A DNA stretch of 64,000 bases from a bacterium (GTDB taxonomy: Bacteria > Bacteroidota > Ignavibacteria > UBA10030), in the NCBI GenBank assembly GCA_043803945.1, contig JAZDJN010000032.1, positions 1 through 64,000 on the forward strand. The letters run 5' to 3'. The notes beneath the pieces were generated by a model. The model saw only the letters and a program-made list of their open reading frames with translations, was not told the DNA's origin and did not search any database. A program made the position numbers and the translations under genes. Positions 32,094 to 41,961 of the stretch are shown here, piece after piece; position 1 is the first letter of the stretch, and every line of letters begins with the position of its first letter.

Positions 32094-32317
32094 CCCACAA
32101 GAGCTTTTACATATTGACGAAGGATCCCCTTGACTCTGCATACTTCAGCGTATTTGATGAGCTTAGTCAGATCCCGGTTCCGATGCTTAAGATATTCCTT
32201 GAGTCCTTCGAAGGCAAGATCTTCTCCAAGCGTGTTGCGAAATCGAAAGGAATCGCAGATGGTTTTCTCCGGACCGTAGACTCGGATGTGTCCGGTTTTG
32301 GCATCATGTTGTTCGAT
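32090..32317 (-). pseudogene. abiEi: AbiEi antitoxin, C-terminal fragment (not in ORF track)
   Basis: Manual translation IEQHDAKTGHIRVYGPEKTICDSFRFRNTLGEDLAFEGLKEYL...YAEVCRVKGILRQYVKALVG* parallels the C-terminus of 34064-34663; ATGA overlap with abiEii; cut exactly at the IS IR (32318). Confidence 0.85.
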
Positions 32318-33272
32318 TGTCCCTCTTCAAAAGTCCATCCGAATCAATATTCCAACATAAACCACACATCAGCGGGGGATTTCATAAACTGAGAATCGCC
32401 TGGAAGAAGAATTCAATGATGGGGAAGAACGAAATGTGTGAGGATGGTATATTCCGGGAAGTCTGATGTCTGAGAAAGAAATAGATTACCCTCGACTCAT
32501 GAGGGCAATCTTCCTAAAATAAATTCCTTAGTGTTTCTTACGCGGCTGTTCTGAAGTAGAAATGATGGAGTCCGTTCGCTACGGCTACTCTATCAATGTT
32601 TCCGTCGGCTTGGACTTCTCTTGGTTCGGGTGAGTCTTTGTTCAATCCCAAGTGAGTCCGTTGAGTATTGTAGTAGTGAATGTATCGTCTCAAAGATTCT
32701 AACAAATGACTTTCATTCACGATGATCAATAGAAAGCATTCCTCAGTTGTTGGGTGGACCATTCAGAAGTAGGATGATCAGTCACATTGAAGTGAATGAT
32801 TGTTCTTCTGTCGTGGGAAAGGAAGACCAGGACGTACAGGAGTCGAAAAGTGATCGTCGGTACAACAAAAAAGTCTAAAGAGAGGATTTTCATTCGCAAT
32901 CTGTTTGATCAGATTGACGTGCTCTTGTGGGATTTTCGGTCTGCCGAGTGCTGATCTGCTTTTCCATCTCCAATACAATTTGAATCCCTGTTGATGCCAT
33001 CGGAGAACAGTTTCTGGCTTGATGATCAGCAATGTACTTTTCCAAGAGCTAAAGATGTTTATGAGAACGGTGAAGAAGAATCTATCGGTAGTTCGCAGTC
33101 GAGGTCGAGGAGATGTGCGAGTCAATATTTCCAGTTGCTTTCTCAGGTACACGATTTCAAGCTGGAGTTGAGTTCTTGATTTGAAACATCTGAGAAAGAA
33201 CGATAGGAGATCCTAATCATGTGAGCCTTTGGCCTGTTAATTGACGCAGAACAAAAGTATCGATTTCAATTT
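32318..33272 (-). mobile_element. Internally deleted rve-type IS, copy 3
   Basis: Begins tgtccctcttcaaaagtccatccg; retains the N-terminus, the rve segment DFFVVPTITFRLLYVLVFLSHDRR..HFNVT.HPTSEW..QQLRNAF and the C-terminus, in different frames. Confidence 0.88.
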
Positions 33273-34067
33273 GTTTGTTTTGTGAAAAGCGGTCCACTGT
33301 ATTTCCTTGGTGGAGTCACTCTTAAAGGTATCGCTGAAGATCATTTGCCGGTCCTGGAGAGGAGTGCTCCTGGTGCGGAATGTTAATCGTATCGCTTCAG
33401 CCAGCATCTCTGCGGCAAACGATTGATGCTGTGCCAAATGGATCACATCGTAGAAATCCTTCATTCGACTCGAGACAACATTAAACCGGATAATTGCCTC
33501 AAACTTTTCAGCTATCGCGGATTCCAATGAATAGACCATGATATGTGGCGAGGGAAAATCCAGCATTGCCGGATACTCAATCTCGAGTGGACCAGCAGTA
33601 ATCTTATCGCCAAATCCTACATCAATTTGGAGAACGTTTCTTGCTCCTCCAATAGAACACCGGATAGCTGCGCGAAGGCCGCCGTACTCAGCTTGTTCTG
33701 CAATATGTTCTACAGCAATCGAGGTCGTATCAAACGTCACACCATCATCTGCGGTGATGGCTGCAATTTCTTCCATTGCAGATTTCATACTGTCAATATC
33801 ATTCTTAACGCCTGAGCAGAGAAAGTCAATATCCTTCGTTGGGCGGTGGTTGGGCATTTGGTGGGTCAGGAAGAGCAGGGCTCCTTTAAGGATGAAGTTG
33901 CTTCGATACTGTGAAACAGAAAATCTATAGAGCAGTCGTTCCTGTGCATATCGAATAAGAACACGATTGTAATCCTGGCCGGTTTTCCTGGCAATGTTCA
34001 ACAGTCGAGCTCGAACCGATGCACCAACATTTGTTCGATGTGGTTCCATTTCTTTCTTTACGCTCAT
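33237..34067 (-). CDS. abiEii: AbiEii type IV toxin (nucleotidyltransferase), C-terminus replaced by IS sequence
   Basis: ASVRARLLN, ERLLYR, FILKGA, RPTKDIDF, QIDVGFGD, AEKFEA, SRMKDFYD; last ~11 aa are read from IS sequence that matches 28595-28630. Confidence 0.88.
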   Translation of the reverse strand: MSVKKEMEPHRTNVGASVRARLLNIARKTGQDYNRVLIRYAQERLLYRFSVSQYRSNFILKGALLFLTHQMPNHRPTKDIDFLCSGVKNDIDSMKSAMEEIAAITADDGVTFDTTSIAVEHIAEQAEYGGLRAAIRCSIGGARNVLQIDVGFGDKITAGPLEIEYPAMLDFPSPHIMVYSLESAIAEKFEAIIRFNVVSSRMKDFYDVIHLAQHQSFAAEMLAEAIRLTFRTRSTPLQDRQMIFSDTFKSDSTKEIQWTAFHKTNKLKSILLFCVN

Positions 34068-34663
34068 GAGACCATTGCTTTGATGTATGGGAGAATAATC
34101 GTTTTTACGCGGCAAACGGCGGCAAATTCATTGAGTTTCTTTATGTTCGAGTCTTTGCGTCGGAGATAATTCTTGAGTGCTTCGAGTGCAAGATTTTCAC
34201 CGATCTTATTGCGGTATCGGAACATATCGCAAATTGTTTTTTCTTTGTTATACATGCGAACGATTCCTGCAGAAGTTCCAATTTCTTCAATACCTGCTCG
34301 GTAGAATCGCTCCGGGTAGTAGAAGAAACGGATCGGTGGAAATGCAATTTTGGGAGGTTTATCAGAGAGCGGAATTGCAACATAGATCTCTGATGGCACA
34401 AATGTGGAGAGGCCATAATGAGCGATGGCTGACGCAAGTGCAATGATTCCTTTTGGGACCGCGTGCGAGACTTCTACTAGACTGGCATTTATGTCGGTGG
34501 ATATGTTAATCTCCGGCAGTTTGTAAAGGCCAGATTTCACTTTTTCAATTTGTCCTTCCTGGACCAGTCTGGCGATATCCCTCGTCTGGAATGATGCGGC
34601 TCTTAGCTCGCTCATTCGGGCAAAGCCGCCTTTTCGCTTGAGATATTTTAGGATATTGTTCAT
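34064..34663 (-). CDS. abiEi: AbiEi type IV antitoxin
   Basis: N-terminal wHTH (LVQEGQIEKVKSGLY), SA..HYGLST..P, YNKEKTICDMFRYRNKIG; ATGA overlap with abiEii. Confidence 0.9.
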   Translation of the reverse strand: MNNILKYLKRKGGFARMSELRAASFQTRDIARLVQEGQIEKVKSGLYKLPEINISTDINASLVEVSHAVPKGIIALASAIAHYGLSTFVPSEIYVAIPLSDKPPKIAFPPIRFFYYPERFYRAGIEEIGTSAGIVRMYNKEKTICDMFRYRNKIGENLALEALKNYLRRKDSNIKKLNEFAAVCRVKTIILPYIKAMVS

Positions 34664-34919
34664 TTCTCTGCCTGAATCATTTATCCTGTTGCTGAGATGT
34701 ACTTACAGAATATTCGATTCATATGCAAGATGCAAAAGCCTTATAACGAATTTTCCTATCCAAATAAAGGGGAAGGATTGAATTCACAATGGGAAGGAAG
34801 CTCTTCCGACTATCGTTCCTCTCGGGGATAACGGATTATGACAATTATCTTAGCTCTTCCAAAATAGATTGACAGAGCAAATCTTTAGGTATCAGTCGCT
34901 TTTTACAATCGTGTGTACT

Positions 34920-34969
34920 TCCTGCTCTCGCTACAAAAAAGCAACGAGCCCGACTTAAATGTCGGGCTC
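34920..34969. terminator. Terminator of the RND operon overlapping a degenerate tRNA-Met 3' copy
   Basis: gagcccgac-ttaaat-gtcgggctc with a T-run on the minus strand; tcctgctctcgctacaaaaaagcaacgagccc resembles tcctgcccccgctacgaaaaacaacgagccc at 21222. Confidence 0.65.
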
Positions 34970-35041
34970 AATTATTTCGATGGTTTCTGATCCTATAATT
35001 ACCAGTCACTCATCGTAAAGTTTCTAAGATTATTACCAGAC

Positions 35042-38000
35042 TTATCTCCTCTTTCTGAAATACTCCTTTACTCTATCCCCTGCATGCTCAAACACAATAT
35101 AAAGCACTGGAATGATGATGAGGGTAAGCACCGTTGTGGCGGTCAATCCACCGATGACAGCCCGGGCTAACGGCGACCACGTTTCGGAACCCGAACCCAT
35201 CTCAACAGCGAGCGGAACCATCCCAAGAATTGTCGTTAATGCCGTCATCAACACCGGCCTCATTCGTGCCTTACAGCCGAACTCGACTGCTTCATACAGA
35301 TCCATGCCATGATGCCGCTGTTGATTGATGTAGTCCACGAGAACGATTCCATTGTTCACGGCGATCCCCACAAGCATCACAATGCCGACAAGCACCATGA
35401 CGCTGAACGTCGTTCCGGTGATCGCGAGAAATATAAAGACACCGATGATTGAAAGGGGGACGGTAAACATGATAATGAATGGATCTATGAAGGATTCAAA
35501 CTGAGAAGCCATAATCATATAGACAAGGAGAATTGCGGCGATGAACGCAAGGCCTAAATAGAAGAATGCTTCCTGCTGATCTTCGGCAGTCCCACCCACG
35601 ATCACCTGATAGTCCGAGGGAATAGGAGTGTCGGCAATAATCTTATTGATGGCACTGACAGCAGTGGAAAGGTCTATACCGGATAATCCGCATCCCACCG
35701 AGACATACCTGTTCTGATTTTCTCTGTAGATCGATGGATTCGATTGCTCCTCCACGATGGTCGAAATGTCCTTCAATTTGATTCTGCCGCCTGTTGGCAG
35801 TGCCAGTTCGATCTGTTCCAGCGACTCTCTTTTGTTCCGGTACTCCTTTGCAAACTGGACATAGATGTCGTACTCATCTCCCTTTTCATGATACTGAGAA
35901 GCTACTCTGCCCTGAATGGCGGTTGAAATATTACCTGCAACCTGCAGTGTGGAGAGATTGTAATAATTCAACAGATCTTTGTTCAGGTGAACCTGCAGCT
36001 CCGGCGTCGTCTCTTTGGTGTTTAACGAAATATCGACCAGGCCTTTGACTTTTTCTAATTTGGATTTCAATTCATTGGCAAGAGTCTTGGCACCTGTGAT
36101 ATTAAATCCAATAACTTTAATTTCAATTTCTCTTTCGGTAGTAATCATACCACCTTCCTGAAAGACATACGTGATGCCGGGCATCTGGTCGAATCGCTCA
36201 CGCAATTTATCCTGGATGGCAAATTGTGTAGTTGTTCTCTTCTCCCGTGGAGTCAATTTTACCATGACCTCTATCGTGCTTGAGGTGACTCCGAACGCAC
36301 CAAGGCCTTCCCGTTCACCATAAAAGATTGCCAGCGATTCAAAATCTTCTTTGCCGATGGTTTCTTTAATAATATCTTCAATGCTGTACGCATATATTCT
36401 TGTTTGTTCAATGGGAGTACCCGACGGTGATTCCATGACAGCATAGATCATAGCTTGATCTGATTTTGGCATAAATTCACCGCCAAGAAATGCCGCTAAT
36501 CCACACGAAAGTACGAAGAGGATGGTAACGGAGATTAATACCGTCTTTTTATGATAGATAGACCAGTGCAACGTTTTGCTATAGTTATCGGACAGCTTCA
36601 GTAACCAGGTGCCCATTCTCTCCTTAATTCTTGTAAAAAGGTTTTCTGCTCTCTTCGTTTCTAGTTTCAGGATTCTGGTAGACATCATTGGCACTAATGT
36701 CACGGCAACTATTAACGATACTGCCAGGCTGTACGATATTGTCAGCACCATGTCCTTGAACAATTGCCCGGTGATATTGGGCACGAATAACACCGGAATA
36801 AACACTGCAATCGTCGTCAGGGTCGAAGCGGTAATGGCCATGCCGACTTCGGTGGTACCAATATTCGCGGCATCCATGAGATTCTTTTCCATCTCATGGT
36901 GGCGGTAAATGTTCTCGAGCACCACGATCGAATTATCTACCAGCATCCCAATAGCAAGTGCGAGACCGGCCATCGAGATGACATTCAGTGTGACATTTGC
37001 CGCGTACATGACGGCGAATGTTGCAATGACAGACACAGGAATTGAAATTCCCATGATGATACTGCCGCGGATATTTCTTAAGAAGAAATAGATGACGGCA
37101 AACGACAAGACAAAGGCAATAATTGCAGAATCCCGCAGGTTACTCACAGACATCAGAATGAAATCCGACTGATCAAAAATGGGGACAAATTTCGTTCCCT
37201 CCGGTAATATCGCTTCAATCGAAGGGATCGCTTCTTTTACTTTCCTGCTTGTGAGAATAGTATTGGCGTCGGATTGTTTCATGATGATCAACATTACGCC
37301 TTCACCGTAATCTGCCCTGACCTCGTTTGTATTTTCCTTGTATCCATCTTCTACCACGGCAACATCGCTGACGTACACTGGCACTCCGTTTTTGTAAGTC
37401 AGAATGGTCTTCTTAATTTGTTCGAGGGAGGCATATTCGCTCAACACCCTGAGGTTATAGTTCTTTTCTCTCGTTTGAATAGTACCGGAAGGCTGCAGGC
37501 TGCTGCCGAACTGAATTGCCTGCGTCACATCATTGGGGGATAAATTGTAGGACGCCAGCAATACGGGATTGATATTCACATTGATGCGCCTCTGTGAACC
37601 TCCCATCGTCTCAACCGATGCAACGCCATCTACTCTCTCCACCAGCGGCTCGATTTTTTCTTCGGCTAATCGTCGTAGTTCGGCGGGGCCGAGATAGGGA
37701 GAGCTTATGCTGTAATAGCTTATCGGCATCATCGAGGGATCGAACACAAAGACCAGTGGCTCTGAAGCATCAGCGGGTAAGTAATCTCTGATATAATCCA
37801 GATTCTTTCTGATATCGTTTTCCGCCTGGTCCATATCGGTTCCATACCTGAATTCAAGAGTAACAATCGAGTTCCCTTTGGAAGACTGTGAAGTGACTTT
37901 TTCGATATTTTTAACAGACGATACTGCTTCTTCGATCGGCCTGGAGATCAGGGTCTCAATATCATCGGGACCGACACCTGCGTAACTGGTTATGACCCCG

Positions 38001-38134
38001 GCAATGGGGAAGGTGATGTCCGGAAAAAAATCGATTTTCAATTGTGAAAAGGAAAAGAAGCTGAAAAGGATTATTACCGCATACACCATCATTAGCGTAA
38101 TTTGTCGTTTGAGAGAAAATTTCGTGAGCAGCAT
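35042..38134 (-). CDS. RND efflux permease (AcrB family)
   Basis: 1030 aa; GLALAIGMLVDNSIVVLENI, GIAVNNGIVLVDY, RMRPVLMTALTTILGMVPLA. Confidence 0.96.
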   Translation of the reverse strand: MLLTKFSLKRQITLMMVYAVIILFSFFSFSQLKIDFFPDITFPIAGVITSYAGVGPDDIETLISRPIEEAVSSVKNIEKVTSQSSKGNSIVTLEFRYGTDMDQAENDIRKNLDYIRDYLPADASEPLVFVFDPSMMPISYYSISSPYLGPAELRRLAEEKIEPLVERVDGVASVETMGGSQRRINVNINPVLLASYNLSPNDVTQAIQFGSSLQPSGTIQTREKNYNLRVLSEYASLEQIKKTILTYKNGVPVYVSDVAVVEDGYKENTNEVRADYGEGVMLIIMKQSDANTILTSRKVKEAIPSIEAILPEGTKFVPIFDQSDFILMSVSNLRDSAIIAFVLSFAVIYFFLRNIRGSIIMGISIPVSVIATFAVMYAANVTLNVISMAGLALAIGMLVDNSIVVLENIYRHHEMEKNLMDAANIGTTEVGMAITASTLTTIAVFIPVLFVPNITGQLFKDMVLTISYSLAVSLIVAVTLVPMMSTRILKLETKRAENLFTRIKERMGTWLLKLSDNYSKTLHWSIYHKKTVLISVTILFVLSCGLAAFLGGEFMPKSDQAMIYAVMESPSGTPIEQTRIYAYSIEDIIKETIGKEDFESLAIFYGEREGLGAFGVTSSTIEVMVKLTPREKRTTTQFAIQDKLRERFDQMPGITYVFQEGGMITTEREIEIKVIGFNITGAKTLANELKSKLEKVKGLVDISLNTKETTPELQVHLNKDLLNYYNLSTLQVAGNISTAIQGRVASQYHEKGDEYDIYVQFAKEYRNKRESLEQIELALPTGGRIKLKDISTIVEEQSNPSIYRENQNRYVSVGCGLSGIDLSTAVSAINKIIADTPIPSDYQVIVGGTAEDQQEAFFYLGLAFIAAILLVYMIMASQFESFIDPFIIMFTVPLSIIGVFIFLAITGTTFSVMVLVGIVMLVGIAVNNGIVLVDYINQQRHHGMDLYEAVEFGCKARMRPVLMTALTTILGMVPLAVEMGSGSETWSPLARAVIGGLTATTVLTLIIIPVLYIVFEHAGDRVKEYFRKRR

Positions 38135-38148
38135 GGGTTCATTTTCCC

Positions 38149-39270
38149 CTATTCAATGACATTCACAGATTGACCATCTTTAACGATATTCTGTCCGACA
38201 ACGATGACAGAGTCGCCGATTGCAAGTCCATTGGTAATTTCTATCTGCCCGTTGTTGGCGATTCCCGTTTTCACCTCTTTCAGTTTAGCTTTGTTCTGTT
38301 CGATTACAAAGAGAAAGAATTTTTTCAAAGTGTGTTGAAGTCCTGTCTCCCTGTTGATGATGATTTCGGTCTGGGGAATCAATGCCGTCTCGGGAATCAC
38401 CAGGCGATTAGCAATGTTCTGAGTCTCGATAAAAAACTCACCGAATAATCCAGATTTAAGACTTCTGTCATTTGAGAGAAGTACTATTTCAACTTCCAGT
38501 GCCTTGGATGTCTGATCGATAGCGGTATTGATTTTATTCACTCTGCCGGAGAATTCTCTTCCGGTGAGGGTTGGGAATTTGATAAGCACTCGCTGGCCGA
38601 GTTTCACCGATTGAATATCAGCGCCGGTTAAATTTATTTTGGCCTTCATTTTCGAAGGTGAAATGAGTTGCACCACAGGCTGGCCCATCATCAGCGTTTG
38701 ATTTTTTTCGACATAGACAGCTGCAGCAATCCCATCGAAGGGTGCCTTAATCAACGTATTCTCCAACTGCTCCTTTGCCTGCTTTGCCATCGATGTTGCC
38801 TGATCAAAGGCATGTTCGGCAGTCTCCTTTGCTGTTCTCGCCTGATCGAATTGCTGCGGGCTGATCGCTTTTTCTGAGTAGAGTTTACGCATCCGTTCAT
38901 AATCACTGGCGATCAGTTTTGCCTGTGCTTCGGCGGTTTTTAACGCGGCGTTCGCAATTTCCAGCCCCTGTTGCATGATGTCATTTTTCTGTTCAACAAG
39001 AATTTGGCCGTTCGTAACGGCCTGTCCCGGTATGATATGAATGTATTCTACCCGTTCCGCAACTTTGCTGTACAGGATAACATCCTCATCGCCGGCCACC
39101 GAACCTGTCGCCCTGATATATTGTGAGATGGATTCAGATTTGACGATGTACTTTTTTATCGGTACTGTTTTCCCGACCTGTTTTTCTTCTGATTGTGAAC
39201 AGCCGGCAAGCAGCAATGCCAGCAAGGAAAAGAAAAGTGATAGTTTGTAACTCATGGTCTCCTCGAACAT
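38149..39270 (-). CDS. RND membrane fusion protein (lipoprotein)
   Basis: LLAGC lipobox, IKAPFDG, LKSGLF, V.TG......EI..GL..GD.VIV.GQ; ATG 39255 (GAGGAG SD) is an alternative start. Confidence 0.93.
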   Translation of the reverse strand: MFEETMSYKLSLFFSLLALLLAGCSQSEEKQVGKTVPIKKYIVKSESISQYIRATGSVAGDEDVILYSKVAERVEYIHIIPGQAVTNGQILVEQKNDIMQQGLEIANAALKTAEAQAKLIASDYERMRKLYSEKAISPQQFDQARTAKETAEHAFDQATSMAKQAKEQLENTLIKAPFDGIAAAVYVEKNQTLMMGQPVVQLISPSKMKAKINLTGADIQSVKLGQRVLIKFPTLTGREFSGRVNKINTAIDQTSKALEVEIVLLSNDRSLKSGLFGEFFIETQNIANRLVIPETALIPQTEIIINRETGLQHTLKKFFLFVIEQNKAKLKEVKTGIANNGQIEITNGLAIGDSVIVVGQNIVKDGQSVNVIE

Positions 39271-40616
39271 TATTTCCAGATATTCTCTAACAGCCCGACT
39301 GATCTCAATAACGCCAGCTGGCTCACATTGTAGCGGTACACTCCCTGAAGATACTCAGTATTGCTTTTAGTATAGAGCAGTTGAGCATTGAGAACATCCA
39401 GCTGGTTGCTCATGCCCTGTAAATAAAGCAGGTTGGATATCCTCAGACTTTCTCTGTACTGCTCAAGCGTCTCTTTCAGGCTTTGCAGACTTTTTGATGT
39501 TTCGATATAGTTATAATAGCTCTGTTCAACATCCAGCTCTATGCCCTGCTGCGCTTGTTTGACAAGCAGTCCCATCTGATCGGATTTCATTTTCGCAATC
39601 TGATAATCGAGAACCCGCTTTCCGCCCTCCAGGAGAGGCCACGAAATTGAAAGTGTGATCGATTTCGACCTGATATAATCGGACCAGGCAACCCGGGCGT
39701 TATCAATCGGGGCAGAGTGATCGACGCTGCCGATAAGTGTGACGGAGGGGGTGAACTGTCCGAGTGCAAGATGTTCGCCGGATTTTGCCGCCTCCTGCTG
39801 ATACTGCAGCGCTTTCATATCGTTTCTATGCTCGTTGGAAAGTTCTTTAAAATGTTCGAGCGGTACGGTAGAATACTCGTTGAGAAATTCCATTTTCTCC
39901 AGGCTGTCGACAACAACCAGCGAATCGGTGAGCGGAAGATCCAGAAGGCCCTTCAATCGTTGGAAGGAAAGTTTATAATTTGATTGCGCAGATTCGAGAA
40001 GGGGGAGAGTCGATGAATATTGTGCTTTCGCCCTTTGATAATCCAATTCAGTCGCAGTCCCGGCATTATAGAATTTCTGAACCTGATCCAGATTATGTTT
40101 TGCTACCATGACGGCTTCATCGGTGGATCTGGTTAACTCACCGGAAAGAATAATGCCATAGTATGCCTGCATCGCGTTCAGAACTGTTTCTTCTTTTTTC
40201 CCCTGTAATTCTTCAGCTAACGATTTCTTTATTGAATTCTGCATGGAATGATTCAACCATCTGCTGCCGCCGGTCAGAATAGGCAATGAAAGGCTCAACG
40301 CATGCTGGAAGGTGTACGGAGTTCCCACTACAAACCGCTGGCCCATAAAGACGAAGACCGGAAGTTCGATATTATTCTGTGCCAATCCCTGATAGCTTAA
40401 TGAAGGCAGGAAATAGGAGAGCGATTTCCATGTTTCCAGATTCTGGATATCATACTCAAGTGATTTCAATTTCAGGCTGAGATTGTCCTTCAAAGAACGA
40501 TCAACAACATGTTTCCATGACAGAAAGATAATTCGCTTCTCAACTTGTCCATGCACCGTCGCCAGGGAAAGCGACAGGATGAGCAATAGGATCCAGGAAA
40601 TTCTGCTTCTGATCAT
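39270..40616 (-). CDS. TolC-family outer membrane factor
   Basis: Signal peptide; two OEP repeats (YNAGTATELD, YLQGMSNQLDVLNAQ). Confidence 0.92.
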   Translation of the reverse strand: MIRSRISWILLLILSLSLATVHGQVEKRIIFLSWKHVVDRSLKDNLSLKLKSLEYDIQNLETWKSLSYFLPSLSYQGLAQNNIELPVFVFMGQRFVVGTPYTFQHALSLSLPILTGGSRWLNHSMQNSIKKSLAEELQGKKEETVLNAMQAYYGIILSGELTRSTDEAVMVAKHNLDQVQKFYNAGTATELDYQRAKAQYSSTLPLLESAQSNYKLSFQRLKGLLDLPLTDSLVVVDSLEKMEFLNEYSTVPLEHFKELSNEHRNDMKALQYQQEAAKSGEHLALGQFTPSVTLIGSVDHSAPIDNARVAWSDYIRSKSITLSISWPLLEGGKRVLDYQIAKMKSDQMGLLVKQAQQGIELDVEQSYYNYIETSKSLQSLKETLEQYRESLRISNLLYLQGMSNQLDVLNAQLLYTKSNTEYLQGVYRYNVSQLALLRSVGLLENIWK

Positions 40617-40637
40617 AGCGGGTACCTCAATAATTCC

Positions 40638-40895
40638 TCAAGAAAGAAGTTCTTTATAAAAATTATCCCAGAGCGAGTTCTGGCTTAACCTGCTGTAGTC
40701 GATCATCATTTTCTCGAAAAAGAACGTATTGATGACTTCAACGAAAAGTTGTTCCTTGCTTTCGAAGTAATGATAGAAGGCTCCCCTGGAAAGTCCGATA
40801 GCCTTAACAATTTCGTTCATTGTCACTTCTTTGAAGCTCTTATGAAGGAAGAGGCAGAAGGAGGCTTTGAGGATATGTTCTTTGGAATCGCTCAT
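40638..40895 (-). pseudogene. Truncated TetR-family regulator (HTH only, 85 aa)
   Basis: KEHILKAS..LF..K.F..VTMNEIV...GLSRGAFYHYFESKEQLF followed by only ~35 aa. Confidence 0.75.
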
Positions 40896-40946
40896 ATACC
40901 GACCGTTCGGTATATAAAGTTTAATTATTCTTATACTAGGATTCAA
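40894..40946 (-). promoter_or_regulatory. Promoter and TetR operator of the efflux operon
   Basis: Minus-strand TTGAAT-N17-TAAACT; palindrome atataccga-ccgt-tcggtatat (40894-40915) overlaps the start codon. Confidence 0.75.
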
Positions 40947-40970
40947 GAAATTATTCCAAGGAATCCCTGT

Positions 40971-41959
40971 TGTCCTACTTCAAAAGTCCCTCCGGGCTAG
41001 AAATCTGTCATTAATCGTACGATCAGGTAGCGATTTTGTAAACCGAGAACAGCATAGAAGGAGAATTTTTTGATGTGGATGAGCGGAGTGTGGGAGTATT
41101 TTACGTGAAGGGCAGTTTATTTCCTGAGAAGGAAATGGATCACCCTCGACCCACGAGGGCAACATTCGTAATAGATTCCTGAATGTTTCTTACGCGGCTT
41201 TTCTGAGATAGAAATGATGAAGCCCGTTCGCTACGGCCACTCTATCAAACTCCTCATTGGCTTGGACTTTTCTCGGTTCAGGTGAGTCTTTGTTCAATCC
41301 CAGGTGAATCCGTTGATTGTTGTAATAGTGAATGTATCGTTTCAAAGATTCCAGCAAATGACGTTCATTAGAAAGGATTTCAGCGGAGTGATTCTTGAGA
41401 AATGTCTTCCAGGGTTGCCCGGTTGCTCTTTTGGATTTCTTGGGCATGTATCGCAGTACGGTAGATTCTGAAATATCAAATCTGAGTTTAAGCATCTCGC
41501 CGTGAACACGTGGAGCTCCCCAGAGTGGGTTTTCATTCGCAATCTGTTTGATCAGATTGATGTGCTCTTGCAGGATTGTTGGTCTACCGAGTACTGATCT
41601 GCTTTTCCATCTTCAATACAATTTGAATCCCTGTTGATGCCATCGGAGAACAGTTTCTGGCTTGATGATCAGCAATGTGCTTTTCCAGGAACTGAAGATG
41701 TTTGTGAAAATGGTGAAGAAGAATCTATCGGTAGTTCGCAGTCGAGGTCGAGGAGATGTGCGAGTCAATATTTCCAGTTGCTTTCTCAGATACACGATTT
41801 CAAGCTGGAGTTGAGTTCTTGATTTGAAACATCCGAGAAAGAACGATAGGAGGGATCTAACCATGTAAGCCTTTGCCCTGGTAATTGAGAGAGGACAAAG
41901 GTATCGATTTCAGATTGAATTTACCACGTCATACGTGGATGGCGTTTTTACGAGGTACA
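40971..41959 (-). mobile_element. Internally deleted rve-type IS, copy 4 (both IRs, 989 bp)
   Basis: tgtcctacttcaaaagtccctccg ... tggatggcgtttttacgaggtaca; retains WGAPRVHGEMLKL..ISESTV.RYM...WKTFLKNH, has a premature stop and lacks the rve core. Confidence 0.88.
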
Positions 41960-41961
41960 GG

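Noticed and set aside
32745-32875. Apparent foreign insert in IS copy 3
   Set aside because: It translates as the element's own rve segment (DFFVVPTITF...QQLRNAF) that other copies have lost.
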